DNA of 32,000 nt, taken from Ferroglobus placidus DSM 10642. Its GTDB lineage: Archaea; Halobacteriota; Archaeoglobi; Archaeoglobales; Archaeoglobaceae. The DNA lies in NCBI RefSeq assembly GCF_000025505.1, contig NC_013849.1, positions 1,110,001-1,142,000 of the forward strand, read 5' to 3'. Below the pieces are notes generated by a model, which made no database searches, was not told where the DNA came from, and was given only the letters and a program-made list of their open reading frames with translations. The translations under genes were made by a program, and so were the position numbers. This document shows, piece after piece, positions 1 to 10,625 of the stretch (within the stretch, counting starts at the first letter, position 1; every line of letters begins with the position of its first letter).

Positions 1-480
1 GAGAAGTTCCAAAGTTCTGTCCTCCAAAGGCAACCCCACAGAGGCTAAAGCACCTATTAGCCCTCTTCCCTTCTTGTACTTCAAATGAGGGATTAGGTAT
101 TTCCCGATTATAAATAGAGCTTCATCCAAGCTTACAACGTCCCTCAAAGCTTTAAAAGAAAAATTTTGAAGTTTATCCACCAAATCCTCCCGCACAAAAA
201 CAACTCCCGGATGGGTGTTTTCGTCATCCAACTCCGCATACTCCTCCACGATTTCCCTGACTATTTCCACAGCTTCCCCGATCTCTCCGTCGACCAGTAT
301 AGACACTGCCCCATTTCCCCTCGTTTTGTAGGGGATGGTGGGGTTCAACCTTATGAGCCTCGGAAATCCAATGGTTTTCATCCCGGCTTTCTCAAGTTCT
401 TTGATCACCAAGCTGGCTATGTAAGTCGTGCACATTCCCTTTCTTGAGTCCGTGTCGTCTATCCCAATCCAGAACCTCAT
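1..480 (-). CDS. tiaS: tRNA(Ile2) 2-agmatinylcytidine synthetase TiaS, N-terminal part, runs off left edge
   Basis: Manual minus-strand translation from ATG at 480-478 is open to base 1: MRFWIGIDDTDSRKGMCTTYIASLVIKELEKAGMKTIGFPRLIRLNPTIPYKTRGNGAVSI... This carries the IGIDDTDS..GMCTTY signature. The ORF track omits it because it is open-ended. Confidence 0.9.
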   Translation of the reverse strand, partial: MRFWIGIDDTDSRKGMCTTYIASLVIKELEKAGMKTIGFPRLIRLNPTIPYKTRGNGAVSILVDGEIGEAVEIVREIVEEYAELDDENTHPGVVFVREDLVDKLQNFSFKALRDVVSLDEALFIIGKYLIPHLKYKKGRGLIGALASVGLPLEDRTLELL

Positions 481-1226
481 GGATGCGGGGACTTTCCGTG
501 GTAGAGTACGTGAACTAAAGCCTCCGGCAATTCGTACTCTTTTATCCTGTCTTCAACAAGTTTGAAGTCGAAAGAAAACTCTTCAATCCAAACGTCAAGG
601 TTTCTCGTGTCGATAACCGCAAACGTCGGATCGTCTTCCCTCGAATTCCTTACTCCAGCATTTCCCGGACAAACGACCTTTCCGTGCTGGGTGACTTTTA
701 TGAAAGGCTCTTTTCCTCCGATTATCTTTATATCCGCTCTTTCGAACTCTTCGATCACCTTATCGTAGTACTCCTCGCTTTTCCAGTGATCCGCTTCCTC
801 CCCAGTCGGATCGAAGTACGAAACGGAAACCCTCGTATCTCCGAACTTTTCCACAACGTGAAATTCCACTTCGTTCCTTAACCACTTCCTTCCCTCGTGT
901 CCGAGCATCTCCCAGTTGAATTCGAGCATTTTGTATTCGTACTCAGGTAAATCGTTCTTGATTGCTTCTCTCTCCTCTTCGCTGAGCTCTCCAAACTTTA
1001 TTAGCATTCTGTCGAAGTATCCTCCAACGGGCGTTATCAAATCCGAGTTCTTTATAGCCTTGTAAACTTCCTTTGGGTAGGGCATGTAGCCGAATATCCC
1101 GACTATGTATATCCTCTGCACGTCTCTTCCCTCTTCTCTGTATTTTTCCCTCAGATTTTCGACTCTCGACAACAATTCAGCCAGCGCTTCCATGTTTCCG
1201 TTTAAATTCGAGGCTGCAATTATCAT
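477..1226 (-). CDS. hypothetical protein, possible metallophosphoesterase-like
   Basis: 249-aa ORF beginning MIIAASNLNGNMEALAELL and containing GYFDRMLIKFG. It overlaps the tiaS start by ATGA. Confidence 0.65.
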   Translation of the reverse strand: MIIAASNLNGNMEALAELLSRVENLREKYREEGRDVQRIYIVGIFGYMPYPKEVYKAIKNSDLITPVGGYFDRMLIKFGELSEEEREAIKNDLPEYEYKMLEFNWEMLGHEGRKWLRNEVEFHVVEKFGDTRVSVSYFDPTGEEADHWKSEEYYDKVIEEFERADIKIIGGKEPFIKVTQHGKVVCPGNAGVRNSREDDPTFAVIDTRNLDVWIEEFSFDFKLVEDRIKEYELPEALVHVLYHGKSPHP

Positions 1227-1299
1227 TCCAACACCTCCAAGGAGATTTTAGATTCGTATTTTAGGGTAAGTATTATATATTTTAGCCTACGAAGCTGCT

Positions 1300-1863
1300 G
1301 TGATGTATGATGAAAAGTGGTTCAACAACTGGATCGAGAGAATCAAGAGCGAAGAGATCGACTTGGATAACGTCGATACTCTCGAAGTTTTCGATAAGTT
1401 TCTTGAGGATGTCGTAGTAGCGTGCTACAATTTGCTGAGAGCGGTTAAAGAGAGAGAACTGAAAAAGAAGGAAGCCGAAGAAGAGTTAAAGAAAGTGAAG
1501 GAAATGCTGGAAAGGGAAATCGATCTCGGAGACGAGATCAAGAACGACCTATTTACGATGACAAAGGAGAGCGCAAAGCTCGTCGTTAGGGCAGCTGAAA
1601 TTGCTTTGAGCGGAAAAGTGAGCAAGAAGAGCTTTGAAAAGTTGCTCGAAGAAGCTTTAAGGAAGGAAAAAGAAGGGAAAATTGAGGAGGCTTTTGAAAT
1701 TATTGCGATGATGGGGGCGAAAATATTCAGAAACGAGAAGCTTCCGGAAATGGAGTTTCCCGAAGAGTCGGAGCTCTTGGAGTATTTCGACGGTCTCGAT
1801 GCTATAAACACGGTTATTCTCTTAAGCGAGATCGATGCTGGAGAGAGTGAGGAAGAAGGCTAA
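1300..1863 (+). CDS. hypothetical charged, helical protein
   Basis: 187-aa ORF, Lys/Glu-rich and predominantly helical in character, with an AT-rich TATA-like element (attatatatttt) upstream. Confidence 0.65.
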   Translation: MMYDEKWFNNWIERIKSEEIDLDNVDTLEVFDKFLEDVVVACYNLLRAVKERELKKKEAEEELKKVKEMLEREIDLGDEIKNDLFTMTKESAKLVVRAAEIALSGKVSKKSFEKLLEEALRKEKEGKIEEAFEIIAMMGAKIFRNEKLPEMEFPEESELLEYFDGLDAINTVILLSEIDAGESEEEG

Positions 1864-2179
1864 GGAATTTGGATTTACCTACGATTTGTACAAATACCTA
1901 CTTTTCACCTTCGGTAAGAGGGGAGAGAAGGCTTTTCTCTACGTTAAAGAGGGGAGAGTTAAAAAGTACAAGGACTTTTTCGTCGTAGTTGGTAGAGAGG
2001 AGTACATCGTCGAGGAGTTCTTCTGCACATGCAAGGACTTTCACATCAACCTTAAGGGAAGAAAGCCGTGTGCGCACATACTTGCCGTGGCTATTGCCGA
2101 GGAGCTAAAGTTATACGACGAGTTCGACACCTACTACGTGAACTTCATCTCCATAGATGCGAGGAGGGGTTGGAAGTGA
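1835..2179 (+). CDS. SWIM zinc-finger domain protein
   Basis: FFCTCKDFHINLKGRKPCAHILAVAIAEEL matches the CxC...CxH SWIM pattern. It overlaps the upstream ORF by 29 nt. Confidence 0.8.
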   Translation: MLERVRKKAKEFGFTYDLYKYLLFTFGKRGEKAFLYVKEGRVKKYKDFFVVVGREEYIVEEFFCTCKDFHINLKGRKPCAHILAVAIAEELKLYDEFDTYYVNFISIDARRGWK

Positions 2180-2676
2180 TTTTAACAAAAGAGGAAATCA
2201 GGAAGCTCATTCTTGAGAAGGGGCTTGTTAGAGATTACATAGACTTGGAGAAGCAGCTTCAGCCGAACGGCTTCGATTGCACACTTAGGAAAGTGGCGGT
2301 GATAAAAGAAGAAGGCAAAGTAGACTTCGACAACTCGGAAAGGAAAATTCCGAGAGTTGAGGAGGTGGACTTTCACGAGGACTGGATTTTTTTGCCGAAG
2401 GGCGTTTACAGAGCTTACCTCAACGAAGTCATAAGTTTGGGCAACGACGTCATGGCTATCGGAAGACCGAGATCTTCTCTCGTGAGGTGCGGAGCCACAG
2501 TCCTCACAGCAGTATGGGATGCCGGCTACGAAGGGAGAAGTGAAGTTGGATTGGTCGTTTACAACGAAAACGGAATCTGGTTGAAGAGAAACGCGAGGAT
2601 ATTGCAACTCGTTTTTATGAAGCTTTCCAAAGAAACAGAAGGGTACTCGGGGATTTTTAAGGGTGAAAACGTTTAA
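2176..2676 (+). CDS. dCTP deaminase/dUTPase family protein
   Basis: The track ORF begins at 2068, but the GTG at 2176 overlaps the SWIM stop (GTGA) and gives MILTKEEIRKLILEKGLV...LQPNGFDCTLRKV...RSSLVRCGATVLTAVWDAGYEGRSEVGLVVYN, which is typical of the family. Confidence 0.8.
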   Translation: MILTKEEIRKLILEKGLVRDYIDLEKQLQPNGFDCTLRKVAVIKEEGKVDFDNSERKIPRVEEVDFHEDWIFLPKGVYRAYLNEVISLGNDVMAIGRPRSSLVRCGATVLTAVWDAGYEGRSEVGLVVYNENGIWLKRNARILQLVFMKLSKETEGYSGIFKGENV

Positions 2677-3443
2677 TCCAGAACGAACCTCTTCATGTGT
2701 TCCGGGATAAAAGTAGATGCGTCGATACCACATGCTTTGCTGAACTGGTAAACCATAACGTAGCCGGCTAAGTGGAAAGGAGCTTCTTTTATCTCTCTAT
2801 CTCTGTCCATGCTTGCCATGCAGGGATATGCGCACTGGTGTTGATGAATCTCCTTCCAGAAATCCTCAACCTTTTCTATTTCGTAACCCCTCATTCTCTT
2901 GGCAACATAGTATGCTGAGCCACACGGATCGCTTCTCAAAACCCTCACTTCCTCTATCGCATTTCCGTCCATTATCACTTCAAACTCCGGCTTTCCGAAT
3001 CCGAACTTCGAAAGGGGAGTGTTTGATGAGCAGAAAGGCTTTGGAGAGAAGAATTCCCTTCCGGTTTCCTCGCAAACTCTCCTGATCTGCTCCCTCAAAC
3101 CGGGGGAAAGCCACTTCGGGTCTTCGACAGGAACTATGAGGCACTTAAATTCCGCAACGCTCGGGAGTTCTGCGAGAATGTCCGGATGCGCGTTTATAGC
3201 TATTAAAATATCGCTATCTTCGATTTCTCCAACAATTGTTTCCGGCTCTTCTATGTAGTCGCCGTAAAACTCCGGAGGGTTTAGCTGTTTAACGAAAACT
3301 ATAGCCTTAGAGAGATCGTAGCTCTTGCAAAAATCGCATTCATCAATTCCGCACGCCCCGAAGCGAGGACAAGATTTTGGATAAGCGAGGTTACTCGTGA
3401 ATCTCTCTCCAAACTCGCCGCTGTAAAGTATGCCAATCCTCAT
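2673..3443 (-). CDS. DUF166 family protein
   Basis: 256 aa, Cys-rich: [42 protein letters not shown]; ...[13 protein letters not shown]. Confidence 0.75.
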   Translation of the reverse strand: MRIGILYSGEFGERFTSNLAYPKSCPRFGACGIDECDFCKSYDLSKAIVFVKQLNPPEFYGDYIEEPETIVGEIEDSDILIAINAHPDILAELPSVAEFKCLIVPVEDPKWLSPGLREQIRRVCEETGREFFSPKPFCSSNTPLSKFGFGKPEFEVIMDGNAIEEVRVLRSDPCGSAYYVAKRMRGYEIEKVEDFWKEIHQHQCAYPCMASMDRDREIKEAPFHLAGYVMVYQFSKACGIDASTFIPEHMKRFVLD

Positions 3444-3527
3444 TTCCCGTCTTGCTATGAGGGAAATTCAATAAGTTTTTTTTGGTGTGAAAAAGCATTA
3501 ATATCAAAAAGCGAAAGACTGCTTTGG

Positions 3528-4979
3528 GTGATGGTTATGGAGGAAATTTTGAAAAAGATTACCGATTACAAGTGGGAACTCCCGAAAACGTATAAGAAGG
3601 GAATGAGAGTGCCAGCTTACTTTTACATAAACAGAAAGCTGATGCAGATTCTTGAGAGAGATGCCGTTGAGCAGGCGGCAAACGTTGCGACCATGCCGGG
3701 GATACAAGTAGCGAGCTTGGTTATGCCGGATGTCCACGTCGGCTACGGATTCCCGATAGGAGGCGTGGCTGCTTTCGATATAGAAGAGGGAGTTGTGAGT
3801 CCCGGAGGAGTTGGTTTCGACATAAACTGCGGGGTTAGGCTTATAAGAACGAATTTGAAGGTTGATGAGGTCAGAAAGAAAATAAGAGAACTTATTGACG
3901 CGTTGTTTGTTGCCGTTCCTTCCGGCGTTGGAAGCGAAGGGAGATTGAGGGTTAGCGATAAAGAACTGGACGAAATTTTCGTCTCCGGAGCCAGATGGGC
4001 TGTCGAAAACGGCTACGGTTACGAAGAGGATCTGAAACACTGCGAAGAGAACGGAGCGATGCCCGGAGCTAAGCCGGAAGTCGTGAGTAGGAAAGCGAGG
4101 GACAGAGGAAGACCTCAGCTCGGAACCCTCGGCAGCGGAAACCACTTCCTTGAGGTGCAGTACGTTGATAAGATCTTCGATGAAGAGATCGCCAAGGCTT
4201 TCGGACTTGAAGAGGGCATGGTGACTGTGATGGTGCACTGCGGAAGCAGAGGATTGGGGCATCAGGTTTGCACAGACTTCCTTCAAGTTTTGGAGAGAGC
4301 CGTGAAGAAGTACGGAATCTATCTGCCGGACAGACAGCTCGCCTGCGCTCCGATAAACAGTAAAGAGGGGCAGGATTATTTCGCTGGAATGGCAGCCTCA
4401 GCAAACTACGCATGGTGCAACAGGCAGATAATCACCCACTGGGTTAGAGAAACGTTCCAGAAGGTTTTCAGAATGAGCGAAGAAGATTTGGGCATGGATT
4501 TGGTTTACGACGTCGCCCACAACATAGCTAAGTTCGAAACGCACAAAGTGAATGGCAAAAAGAAGAAAGTCGTCGTCCACAGAAAGGGAGCGACGAGGGC
4601 TTTCGGACCAGGAAGCGAAGAGCTTCCCGAAGACTACAGAAAGACCGGACAGCCAGTGCTTATTCCGGGAAGCATGGGAACTCCGAGCTACGTTCTCGTT
4701 GGGACGGAAAAAGCTATGGAAGAAACCTTCGGCTCCACGTGCCACGGAAGCGGAAGAGTACTCAGCAGAGCTGCCGCTAAGCGAAAGCTAAGAGGAAGCG
4801 AGGTTAAGCAGTCGCTGGAGAGAAAAGGGATTTATGTTAGAGCGACTCAGGGGGCTTTGCTTGCTGAAGAAGCTCCGGAAGCTTACAAGAGCAGCGACGA
4901 TGTGGTTGAGGTGGTTCATAGAGCGGGAATTTCGAAGATCGTCGCTAAACTTCTTCCGCTGGGAGTTGCTAAAGGATGA
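3528..4979 (+). CDS. rtcB: tRNA-splicing/RNA ligase RtcB, intein-free
   Basis: 483 aa with [59 protein letters not shown] and [12 protein letters not shown]. Confidence 0.95.
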   Translation: MMVMEEILKKITDYKWELPKTYKKGMRVPAYFYINRKLMQILERDAVEQAANVATMPGIQVASLVMPDVHVGYGFPIGGVAAFDIEEGVVSPGGVGFDINCGVRLIRTNLKVDEVRKKIRELIDALFVAVPSGVGSEGRLRVSDKELDEIFVSGARWAVENGYGYEEDLKHCEENGAMPGAKPEVVSRKARDRGRPQLGTLGSGNHFLEVQYVDKIFDEEIAKAFGLEEGMVTVMVHCGSRGLGHQVCTDFLQVLERAVKKYGIYLPDRQLACAPINSKEGQDYFAGMAASANYAWCNRQIITHWVRETFQKVFRMSEEDLGMDLVYDVAHNIAKFETHKVNGKKKKVVVHRKGATRAFGPGSEELPEDYRKTGQPVLIPGSMGTPSYVLVGTEKAMEETFGSTCHGSGRVLSRAAAKRKLRGSEVKQSLERKGIYVRATQGALLAEEAPEAYKSSDDVVEVVHRAGISKIVAKLLPLGVAKG

Positions 4980-5875
4980 TAAGGGAGATAGACGTTAAAG
5001 AGGGGCAGAAGATATCGGAGTTGCTCGAGCAGTTTAAAGACTCCGCTTTTAACGCAAGAAGGCTCGGAGAAGCTGCTGAAATCTTCAAAGAGATGGTCGA
5101 AAAAAATTCCTTCATATTTTTGACCTTAGCCGGAGCGATTGTTCCAGCGGGAATGAGGAAAATTATTTCCGGAATGCTCGAAAGAGGCTTTGCTCATGCT
5201 CTCGTTACAACCGGAGCGAACGTGACTCACGAAATTGCTGAAGCTCTCGGTTTCAAGCACCAGAAGGGGAGCGAGAGGGTAGATGATGTTGAGCTGAGTA
5301 GAAAGAACGTGAACAGGATTTACGACGTTTTCGTTTCAAATGAAGCTTTTGAGAAAGTTGAGGAGTTTACTTCAAGAATATTCGAAAATCTTAGCGGAAC
5401 TTACGGAAGCTACGAGCTGATGTGGGAAATAGGGAAAAACCTTCCAGAAAATTCTTTTTTGAGAATCGCTTACGAGAAAAAGACGCCAGTTTTCGTTCCG
5501 ACAATACACGACTCGATTCTCGGGCTACATCTTTACATCTACGGGAAGGATCTGATAGTAGATCTGAAGAAGGACATTGGAAAAATTCTCGATCTGTGCT
5601 TCGAGAAAAAACCAATTGGTGTATGCATCATCGGCGGTGGCGTGCCGAAAAATTTCACGCTTCAAGCAATGCTCCTTGGAGAGGGGTTCGATTACGCTAT
5701 CCAAATAACCACAGATTCGCCGCAATTCGGAGGTTTGAGCGGAGCGACTCTCGAAGAGGCTAAGAGCTGGTGCAAGTTAAAGGAAAACGCTAAAGCCGTA
5801 ACTGTCTACTGCGATGCGACGATAGCTTTACCTTTAATCTACTCCTACCTTCTCGATTCGAAACTTTTAAAATAG
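4976..5875 (+). CDS. deoxyhypusine synthase family protein
   Basis: [40 protein letters not shown] and [16 protein letters not shown]. The active-site-region Lys is retained. It starts inside the rtcB stop (ATGA). Confidence 0.85.
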   Translation: MIREIDVKEGQKISELLEQFKDSAFNARRLGEAAEIFKEMVEKNSFIFLTLAGAIVPAGMRKIISGMLERGFAHALVTTGANVTHEIAEALGFKHQKGSERVDDVELSRKNVNRIYDVFVSNEAFEKVEEFTSRIFENLSGTYGSYELMWEIGKNLPENSFLRIAYEKKTPVFVPTIHDSILGLHLYIYGKDLIVDLKKDIGKILDLCFEKKPIGVCIIGGGVPKNFTLQAMLLGEGFDYAIQITTDSPQFGGLSGATLEEAKSWCKLKENAKAVTVYCDATIALPLIYSYLLDSKLLK

Positions 5876-5896
5876 GACTTCGCGAGGTTGACTTAA

Positions 5897-6802
5897 ATGA
5901 TCGAAAATTGGGAGGAATATAGAACGATCGAAAGAGCGCTGAAAGAACTGCTGGACAGGGAAGTTATTATTCCGAAGATTAAAAAAGCTTTAAAACATTT
6001 AATCGAAGCCGGAGGGAAAAGGACTCGTCCGATAATCGTTTTGCTCAGTGCGAAGCTTGCCGGAGGGGACGAGAAGGAAATTCTCGACATGGCTCTTGCC
6101 GTTGAATTGATACACACTGCAAGCTTAGCCCACGACGACGTTATCGATAGGGGTGTTAAAAGGAGGAATAAAGAGACTCTCAACGTTAAATACGACGACT
6201 CCTTAGCCATTCTCGTCGGTGATTGGCTTATCTCGAAATCCGTGCAGCTCACAGCCAAATACGGATACGACATAGTGAGAGATTTTGCTAAGACCGGAAT
6301 GCTCATGAGCGAAGGGGAAGTTCTCGACGTTTACAGCACAAAGGAAAAGTTCGACGAGGAAGATTACTTCAAGTGCATAGAATACAAAACAGCCGCACTA
6401 TTCGCTTACTCAGCCAAAAACGCTTATCAGTACTTTTCCCAAGACGAGGGAGTTGAGAAGCTTTTTCAGTACGGCTTGAACTTAGGCATAGCATATCAGC
6501 TCGTCGACGACCTCCTCGAATACCTCTCCCTTTACGGAGATAAATCGAGCAAAATAGAGTCGAGAACCCTTCCGATGATTTACGAAGAAAAGTTCGGGGT
6601 TGAGAAGGCTGTGAAAAAGGTTATGGATCTCATAGTGGATTACTCGCAGAAGAGTAAAAAAGCTCTTGAATTTTTCGAGGACGGAGTTGTTAAGAGCAAG
6701 CTGCTGAGGCTTGTAGACTTCATGACCTTCGACCTCATCAAAGACTACTTCGCTAAATCTGGAAGAAATTTAGACCTTCTTTCTCCTCACTATACTCCTT
6801 GA
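5897..6802 (+). CDS. idsA: polyprenyl (geranylgeranyl/farnesyl) diphosphate synthase
   Basis: GGKRTRPIIVLLSAKLAGG, first Asp-rich motif HDDVIDRG, QLVDDLLEYL. Confidence 0.9.
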   Translation: MIENWEEYRTIERALKELLDREVIIPKIKKALKHLIEAGGKRTRPIIVLLSAKLAGGDEKEILDMALAVELIHTASLAHDDVIDRGVKRRNKETLNVKYDDSLAILVGDWLISKSVQLTAKYGYDIVRDFAKTGMLMSEGEVLDVYSTKEKFDEEDYFKCIEYKTAALFAYSAKNAYQYFSQDEGVEKLFQYGLNLGIAYQLVDDLLEYLSLYGDKSSKIESRTLPMIYEEKFGVEKAVKKVMDLIVDYSQKSKKALEFFEDGVVKSKLLRLVDFMTFDLIKDYFAKSGRNLDLLSPHYTP

Positions 6803-7414
6803 GTTTTTCAGTAGCTCTTCTAAATCCAAATTGCATCCTTTTGCCACTTTTTCAGCGAAATCTTTGCTTACGAAATCGCTCGGAGAGTGTGCGTCGGTGT
6901 TCAAGACGAGCTTTACTCCGTACTCCTTTGCTATTTTCGCAACGTAGCCGTTCGTTAAGCAGTGCCCTTTTCTCGTGGTTATCTCGAAGCAAATTCCATT
7001 CTCTGCGGCTAATTCAGCGGTTTTTTCGTCCACGAGACCAGGATGGGACAAGATGTCGATATCTTCTTGCACCGCTGCGAAATTCGTTCCCTTTGCCACA
7101 GGCTCGACTATCGTTTCTCCGTGAACGACGATTACTTCAGCTCCCTCCTCTCTCGCTTTTCTAACAACCTTACCTATAAGCTTCGGAGGGACGTGAGTTA
7201 TTTCCACCCCTACAAGCACCTTCACTCCGTACTCTTCCCTCTCCTCCGCAAACTTCCACAGCTTTTCGATGACAGAAGAGAGGTTGCTTAAGTCCGCGTG
7301 ATCCGCAATACAGACAGCTTTGTAATCCAGACTTTCGAGTCTCCTCGCTATCTCGCTCGGAATCAACTCGCCGTCGCTGAAAATTGAGTGAACGTGCAAA
7401 TCTATCATACACAA
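6770..7414 (-). CDS. PHP-domain phosphohydrolase, histidinol-phosphatase-like
   Basis: MIDLHVHSIFSDGELIPSEIARR...ADHADLSN...VLVGVEITH...VLNTDAHSPSD. Confidence 0.9.
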   Translation of the reverse strand: MCMIDLHVHSIFSDGELIPSEIARRLESLDYKAVCIADHADLSNLSSVIEKLWKFAEEREEYGVKVLVGVEITHVPPKLIGKVVRKAREEGAEVIVVHGETIVEPVAKGTNFAAVQEDIDILSHPGLVDEKTAELAAENGICFEITTRKGHCLTNGYVAKIAKEYGVKLVLNTDAHSPSDFVSKDFAEKVAKGCNLDLEELLKNSRSIVRRKKV

Positions 7415-7446
7415 ACGTTAAATAGCTTCCCCTATAATATTTTACC

Positions 7447-7737
7447 GTGGCAGGAATAAGAAGGCTGGTGCTTGACGTTTTAAAGCCCCACGAACCGAGC
7501 AACATAATACTGGCGAAGGTTTTGAGCGAGCTCGAGTTCGTGGACGGAGTTAACCTGAGCTTGTACGAGATAGATCAGAACACCGAGAACGTTAAAATCA
7601 CGATCGTCGGAGACAACATGGATTTTGAAGAAATCAAGAGGACGATAGAAAGATTGGGTGGTGTTATCCACAGCGTCGACGAGATAGTGGCTGGTAAGAA
7701 AATAGTCGAAACTGTTATGACTGAGCAGGACAGGTGA
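7447..7737 (+). CDS. DUF211 family protein
   Basis: 96 aa with GTG start: [41 protein letters not shown]. Confidence 0.8.
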   Translation: MAGIRRLVLDVLKPHEPSNIILAKVLSELEFVDGVNLSLYEIDQNTENVKITIVGDNMDFEEIKRTIERLGGVIHSVDEIVAGKKIVETVMTEQDR

Positions 7738-7771
7738 AGTGTTAAATATATCCTAAAAATATTGATTCTTA

Positions 7772-9358
7772 ATGCCGGATTACAACATTTGTTTTGCCGG
7801 GGCAGCGGGAGATGGGATAAAAGAGGCTGGAGTTCTTGCTGCGAAGCTCTTTTCGAAACTCGGATACAACGCCTTTGTTTATCAGGAATATCAGTCCCTG
7901 ATAAGAGGAGGACACAACGCGAGCGTCGTTAGGTTTTCGGAAAGGAAGATCAGAAGTCACAGATACTACTACGACGTTCTAATCTGCTTAGAAGATTACG
8001 TTTACGACAGGCACAAGGATAGGCTTAAAGGAATACTCATTCACGACTCCAAGTTTAATTTGGACGGGAAAGCTGTTCCAATGACCGAATTCGTTAAAGA
8101 AGAGCAGAAACCATTGTTTTTCAGAAATGCTGTGGCATTGGGAGTTTTAGCTTACGTGTTCGGAATAGACTTCGAAGTTCTCGAAGATGTCTTCATCGAA
8201 AGTTACGGGAATAAAGCCTCGGACGACATCGTTCTCGCTGAGGAAGGATACAATTTTGCGGAAGAAAATTTCGAAAGGTTGGAGGAGCTTGAAAAAATCG
8301 GAGAGGAAAAGAAAGTACACTCGGGAAACGAAATGGTCGCTCTCGGAATGATAAAAGCAGGGTTGGAGAGGTTTTACGCTTATCCCATGACGCCAACATC
8401 GCCAATCCTGCATTTTCTCGTGAGGAGAGAAGACGTCATAGCTTACCAGCCGGAAAGCGAAATTGCCGCTATAATGATGGCAATCGGCTCGGCTTTTGCC
8501 GGAAAAAGGGCTGCGACAGCGACAAGCGGTGGTGGTTTTGCTCTGATGACCGAAAGCATCAGCCTTGCCGGAATGGCTGAAGTTCCGGTTTTAATCGTTT
8601 ACGGACAAAGAAGTGCTCCGTCAACTGGAATGGCTACCTACACTGCTCAGGAAGACCTTTACTTCGCTCTAAATCCGGCTCACGGAGAATTTCCTCTCAT
8701 CGTCGCCTCTCCAATCGATTGCGAAGACGCTTACAAGCTTGGGGCTGAACTTTTAAACTTGGCTTGGAAGTTTCAAACTCCGGCGATACTGCTTTCGGAT
8801 AAACACCTCCTCGAAAGCTACGAGACCGTAAGCTACCCCAAAGTTAAGAGAGAGAGGATAAACATCGTAAGGAAGAGCGAAGGAGTTTTCAAGAGATACG
8901 AAATCACTCGAAACGGAATTTCTCCTTACGCCGTTCCTCCGGCTATAGTCAAGGCTAACAGCAACGAACACGACGAATACGGCTTCACAACCGATGATGC
9001 TGAAATTGCAAGAAAAATGTACGAGAAGAGGATGAAGAAAGTGAAGGAGATAGAGAAGGAAGTGAGAAACAGCTACGTTGAGGAGGGGAAAGGCAGCGAG
9101 ACTATAGTAACCTGGGGTTCGAATTACGGAGCCGTCAGAGAGGTGGCTGAAGAGCTCGGATTTAAGGTTGTTGCCGTGAGGTTTCTAAAGCCGCTGGACG
9201 TTCCGAAGATAAAAGAGAATTCCTACTGCGTCGAGTGCAACTACCAAGGCTTGCTCGCTGGAATGATAGAAAAAGAGCAGGGGATAAAGCTGAGGAGAAT
9301 TTTGAGGTGGGACGGAAGACCGTTCACTCCCGAGGAGCTTAAGGAGGTTTTGAAATGA
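7772..9358 (+). CDS. 2-oxoacid:ferredoxin oxidoreductase, fused gamma-alpha subunit
   Basis: Gamma-like N-terminus (GDGIKEAGVLAAKLFSKLGY...QSLIRGGHNASVVRFS), then alpha part (YPMTPTSPILHFL; TSGGGFALMTE; APSTGMATYTAQEDL). Confidence 0.9.
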   Translation: MPDYNICFAGAAGDGIKEAGVLAAKLFSKLGYNAFVYQEYQSLIRGGHNASVVRFSERKIRSHRYYYDVLICLEDYVYDRHKDRLKGILIHDSKFNLDGKAVPMTEFVKEEQKPLFFRNAVALGVLAYVFGIDFEVLEDVFIESYGNKASDDIVLAEEGYNFAEENFERLEELEKIGEEKKVHSGNEMVALGMIKAGLERFYAYPMTPTSPILHFLVRREDVIAYQPESEIAAIMMAIGSAFAGKRAATATSGGGFALMTESISLAGMAEVPVLIVYGQRSAPSTGMATYTAQEDLYFALNPAHGEFPLIVASPIDCEDAYKLGAELLNLAWKFQTPAILLSDKHLLESYETVSYPKVKRERINIVRKSEGVFKRYEITRNGISPYAVPPAIVKANSNEHDEYGFTTDDAEIARKMYEKRMKKVKEIEKEVRNSYVEEGKGSETIVTWGSNYGAVREVAEELGFKVVAVRFLKPLDVPKIKENSYCVECNYQGLLAGMIEKEQGIKLRRILRWDGRPFTPEELKEVLK

Positions 9359-10104
9359 AGAAAATTACCTGGTGCCCGGGCTGCGGAAATTTCGGGATTC
9401 TCAGAGCTTTTAAAAATACGATAAAAAGGCTCGTCGAGGAAGGGCACGAAGTAGGAAAGTTCGTCGTAGCTTCCGGAATTGGCTGTCACGGGAAAATTGC
9501 AGACTATATAGAGCTTCCTTCGTTTCACGTAATTCACGGGAGAGTGATTCCGTTTCTAACCGGATTAAAGCTTGCAAATCCGGAATTGGTGGCTATAGGC
9601 TTTGCCGGGGACGGGGATCAGTACAACGAAGGTTTGGATCATTTAATCCACGCCGCAAGGAGAAACGTTAACATCACAGTTTTCGTTCACAACAACGGGG
9701 TTTTCGGCTTGACAACCGGACAATTCACAGCAACGACGCCGAAAGGAAAGGTAACGAGAACGACGCCAAGGGGAAATCCGGAAATTCCTTTAAATCCCGT
9801 AATGTTGGCTCTCGTCTCGGGAGCAACTTTTGTGGCGAGAGGTTACGCTGGAAAACTTAACCAACTCGAGGAGATAATGTACAAAGCCATTCTCCACGAA
9901 GGTTTTTCTTTTGTAGACATTCTGCAGCCTTGTGTTAGCTTCAACGACACCTGGAGTTACTACAACAAAAAGGTCGTCAGCGTCGAAAAACCTGCGAAAA
10001 GTCTTGAGGAGGCTATGAAAATAGCTTCTTCCAATGAGATTTACACAGGAATAATTTACGAGGAGAGGAGAGAGACGCTCGAAGAATTCTTAAAAATAAA
10101 GTAG
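9355..10104 (+). CDS. 2-oxoacid:ferredoxin oxidoreductase, beta (TPP) subunit
   Basis: WCPGCGNFGILRA, IGCHGKIADY, HGRVIPFLTGLKLANP, GFAGDGDQYNEG; 4-nt overlap with the alpha gene. Confidence 0.92.
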   Translation: MKKITWCPGCGNFGILRAFKNTIKRLVEEGHEVGKFVVASGIGCHGKIADYIELPSFHVIHGRVIPFLTGLKLANPELVAIGFAGDGDQYNEGLDHLIHAARRNVNITVFVHNNGVFGLTTGQFTATTPKGKVTRTTPRGNPEIPLNPVMLALVSGATFVARGYAGKLNQLEEIMYKAILHEGFSFVDILQPCVSFNDTWSYYNKKVVSVEKPAKSLEEAMKIASSNEIYTGIIYEERRETLEEFLKIK

Positions 10105-10107
10105 AGA

Positions 10108-10593
10108 TCATTCTACAAACCTTCCATCATCTTTTGAGGTTGTAAGCTTGTGCAGATTTTCTTTAAGCCATCCTATTCTGTCCGCTTCCCTAACATCAAA
10201 TTCGGGAACGTAAGGCTTGATATCAAGCAAAAGTGTACCATCTACGATGTCTACATCCTGAATGTAAAGCACGTTTTCTTCTATTTTGGTGAGGCGCACG
10301 ACCGAGATGCCTATCGGATTCGGTCTGCTTGGTGCTCGCGTTGCAAACACTCCTCTAACTTTGTCATCCATAAACGGCTTCACTTTTAACGACGATTTTC
10401 TGACTAAGTGGAAGTGGTAGATTAAGATAATATGGGAAAAGCCTTCAAGATCTTTCAATCCCTCGGCATATTCTGGAAATACTACAACTTTTCCTTTTAC
10501 ACCTTTCGCAGCTGTGGGCTGTATTGGAGTCCCTTTAGGCTCTTTGAACGGGGAATAAATTATTCCTATTGGCTTATATTTTATTTCATTCAT
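10108..10593 (-). CDS. trmO: TrmO-like tRNA methyltransferase (YaeB/AF_0241 family)
   Basis: IGIIYSPFKEPKGTPIQ...RGVFATRAPSRPNPIGISVVRL...DGTLLLDIKPYVPEFD. Confidence 0.9.
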   Translation of the reverse strand: MNEIKYKPIGIIYSPFKEPKGTPIQPTAAKGVKGKVVVFPEYAEGLKDLEGFSHIILIYHFHLVRKSSLKVKPFMDDKVRGVFATRAPSRPNPIGISVVRLTKIEENVLYIQDVDIVDGTLLLDIKPYVPEFDVREADRIGWLKENLHKLTTSKDDGRFVE

Positions 10594-10625
10594 AAAATAA
10601 AAAATTAATCCAGCAACATCGCTAT

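Noticed and set aside
1425-1811. 128-aa Ser/Phe-rich minus-strand ORF
   Set aside because: Antisense of the Lys/Glu-rich ORF 1300-1863; Ser/Phe richness is expected from reverse-complementing Glu/Lys codons.
3504-4286. 260-aa minus-strand ORF opposite rtcB, and other long opposite-strand ORFs (4069-4413, 4398-4745, 5391-5615, 25732-26190, 27069-27507)
   Set aside because: These are shadows of strongly supported genes on the opposite strand; their compositions are atypical and they carry no recognisable motifs.
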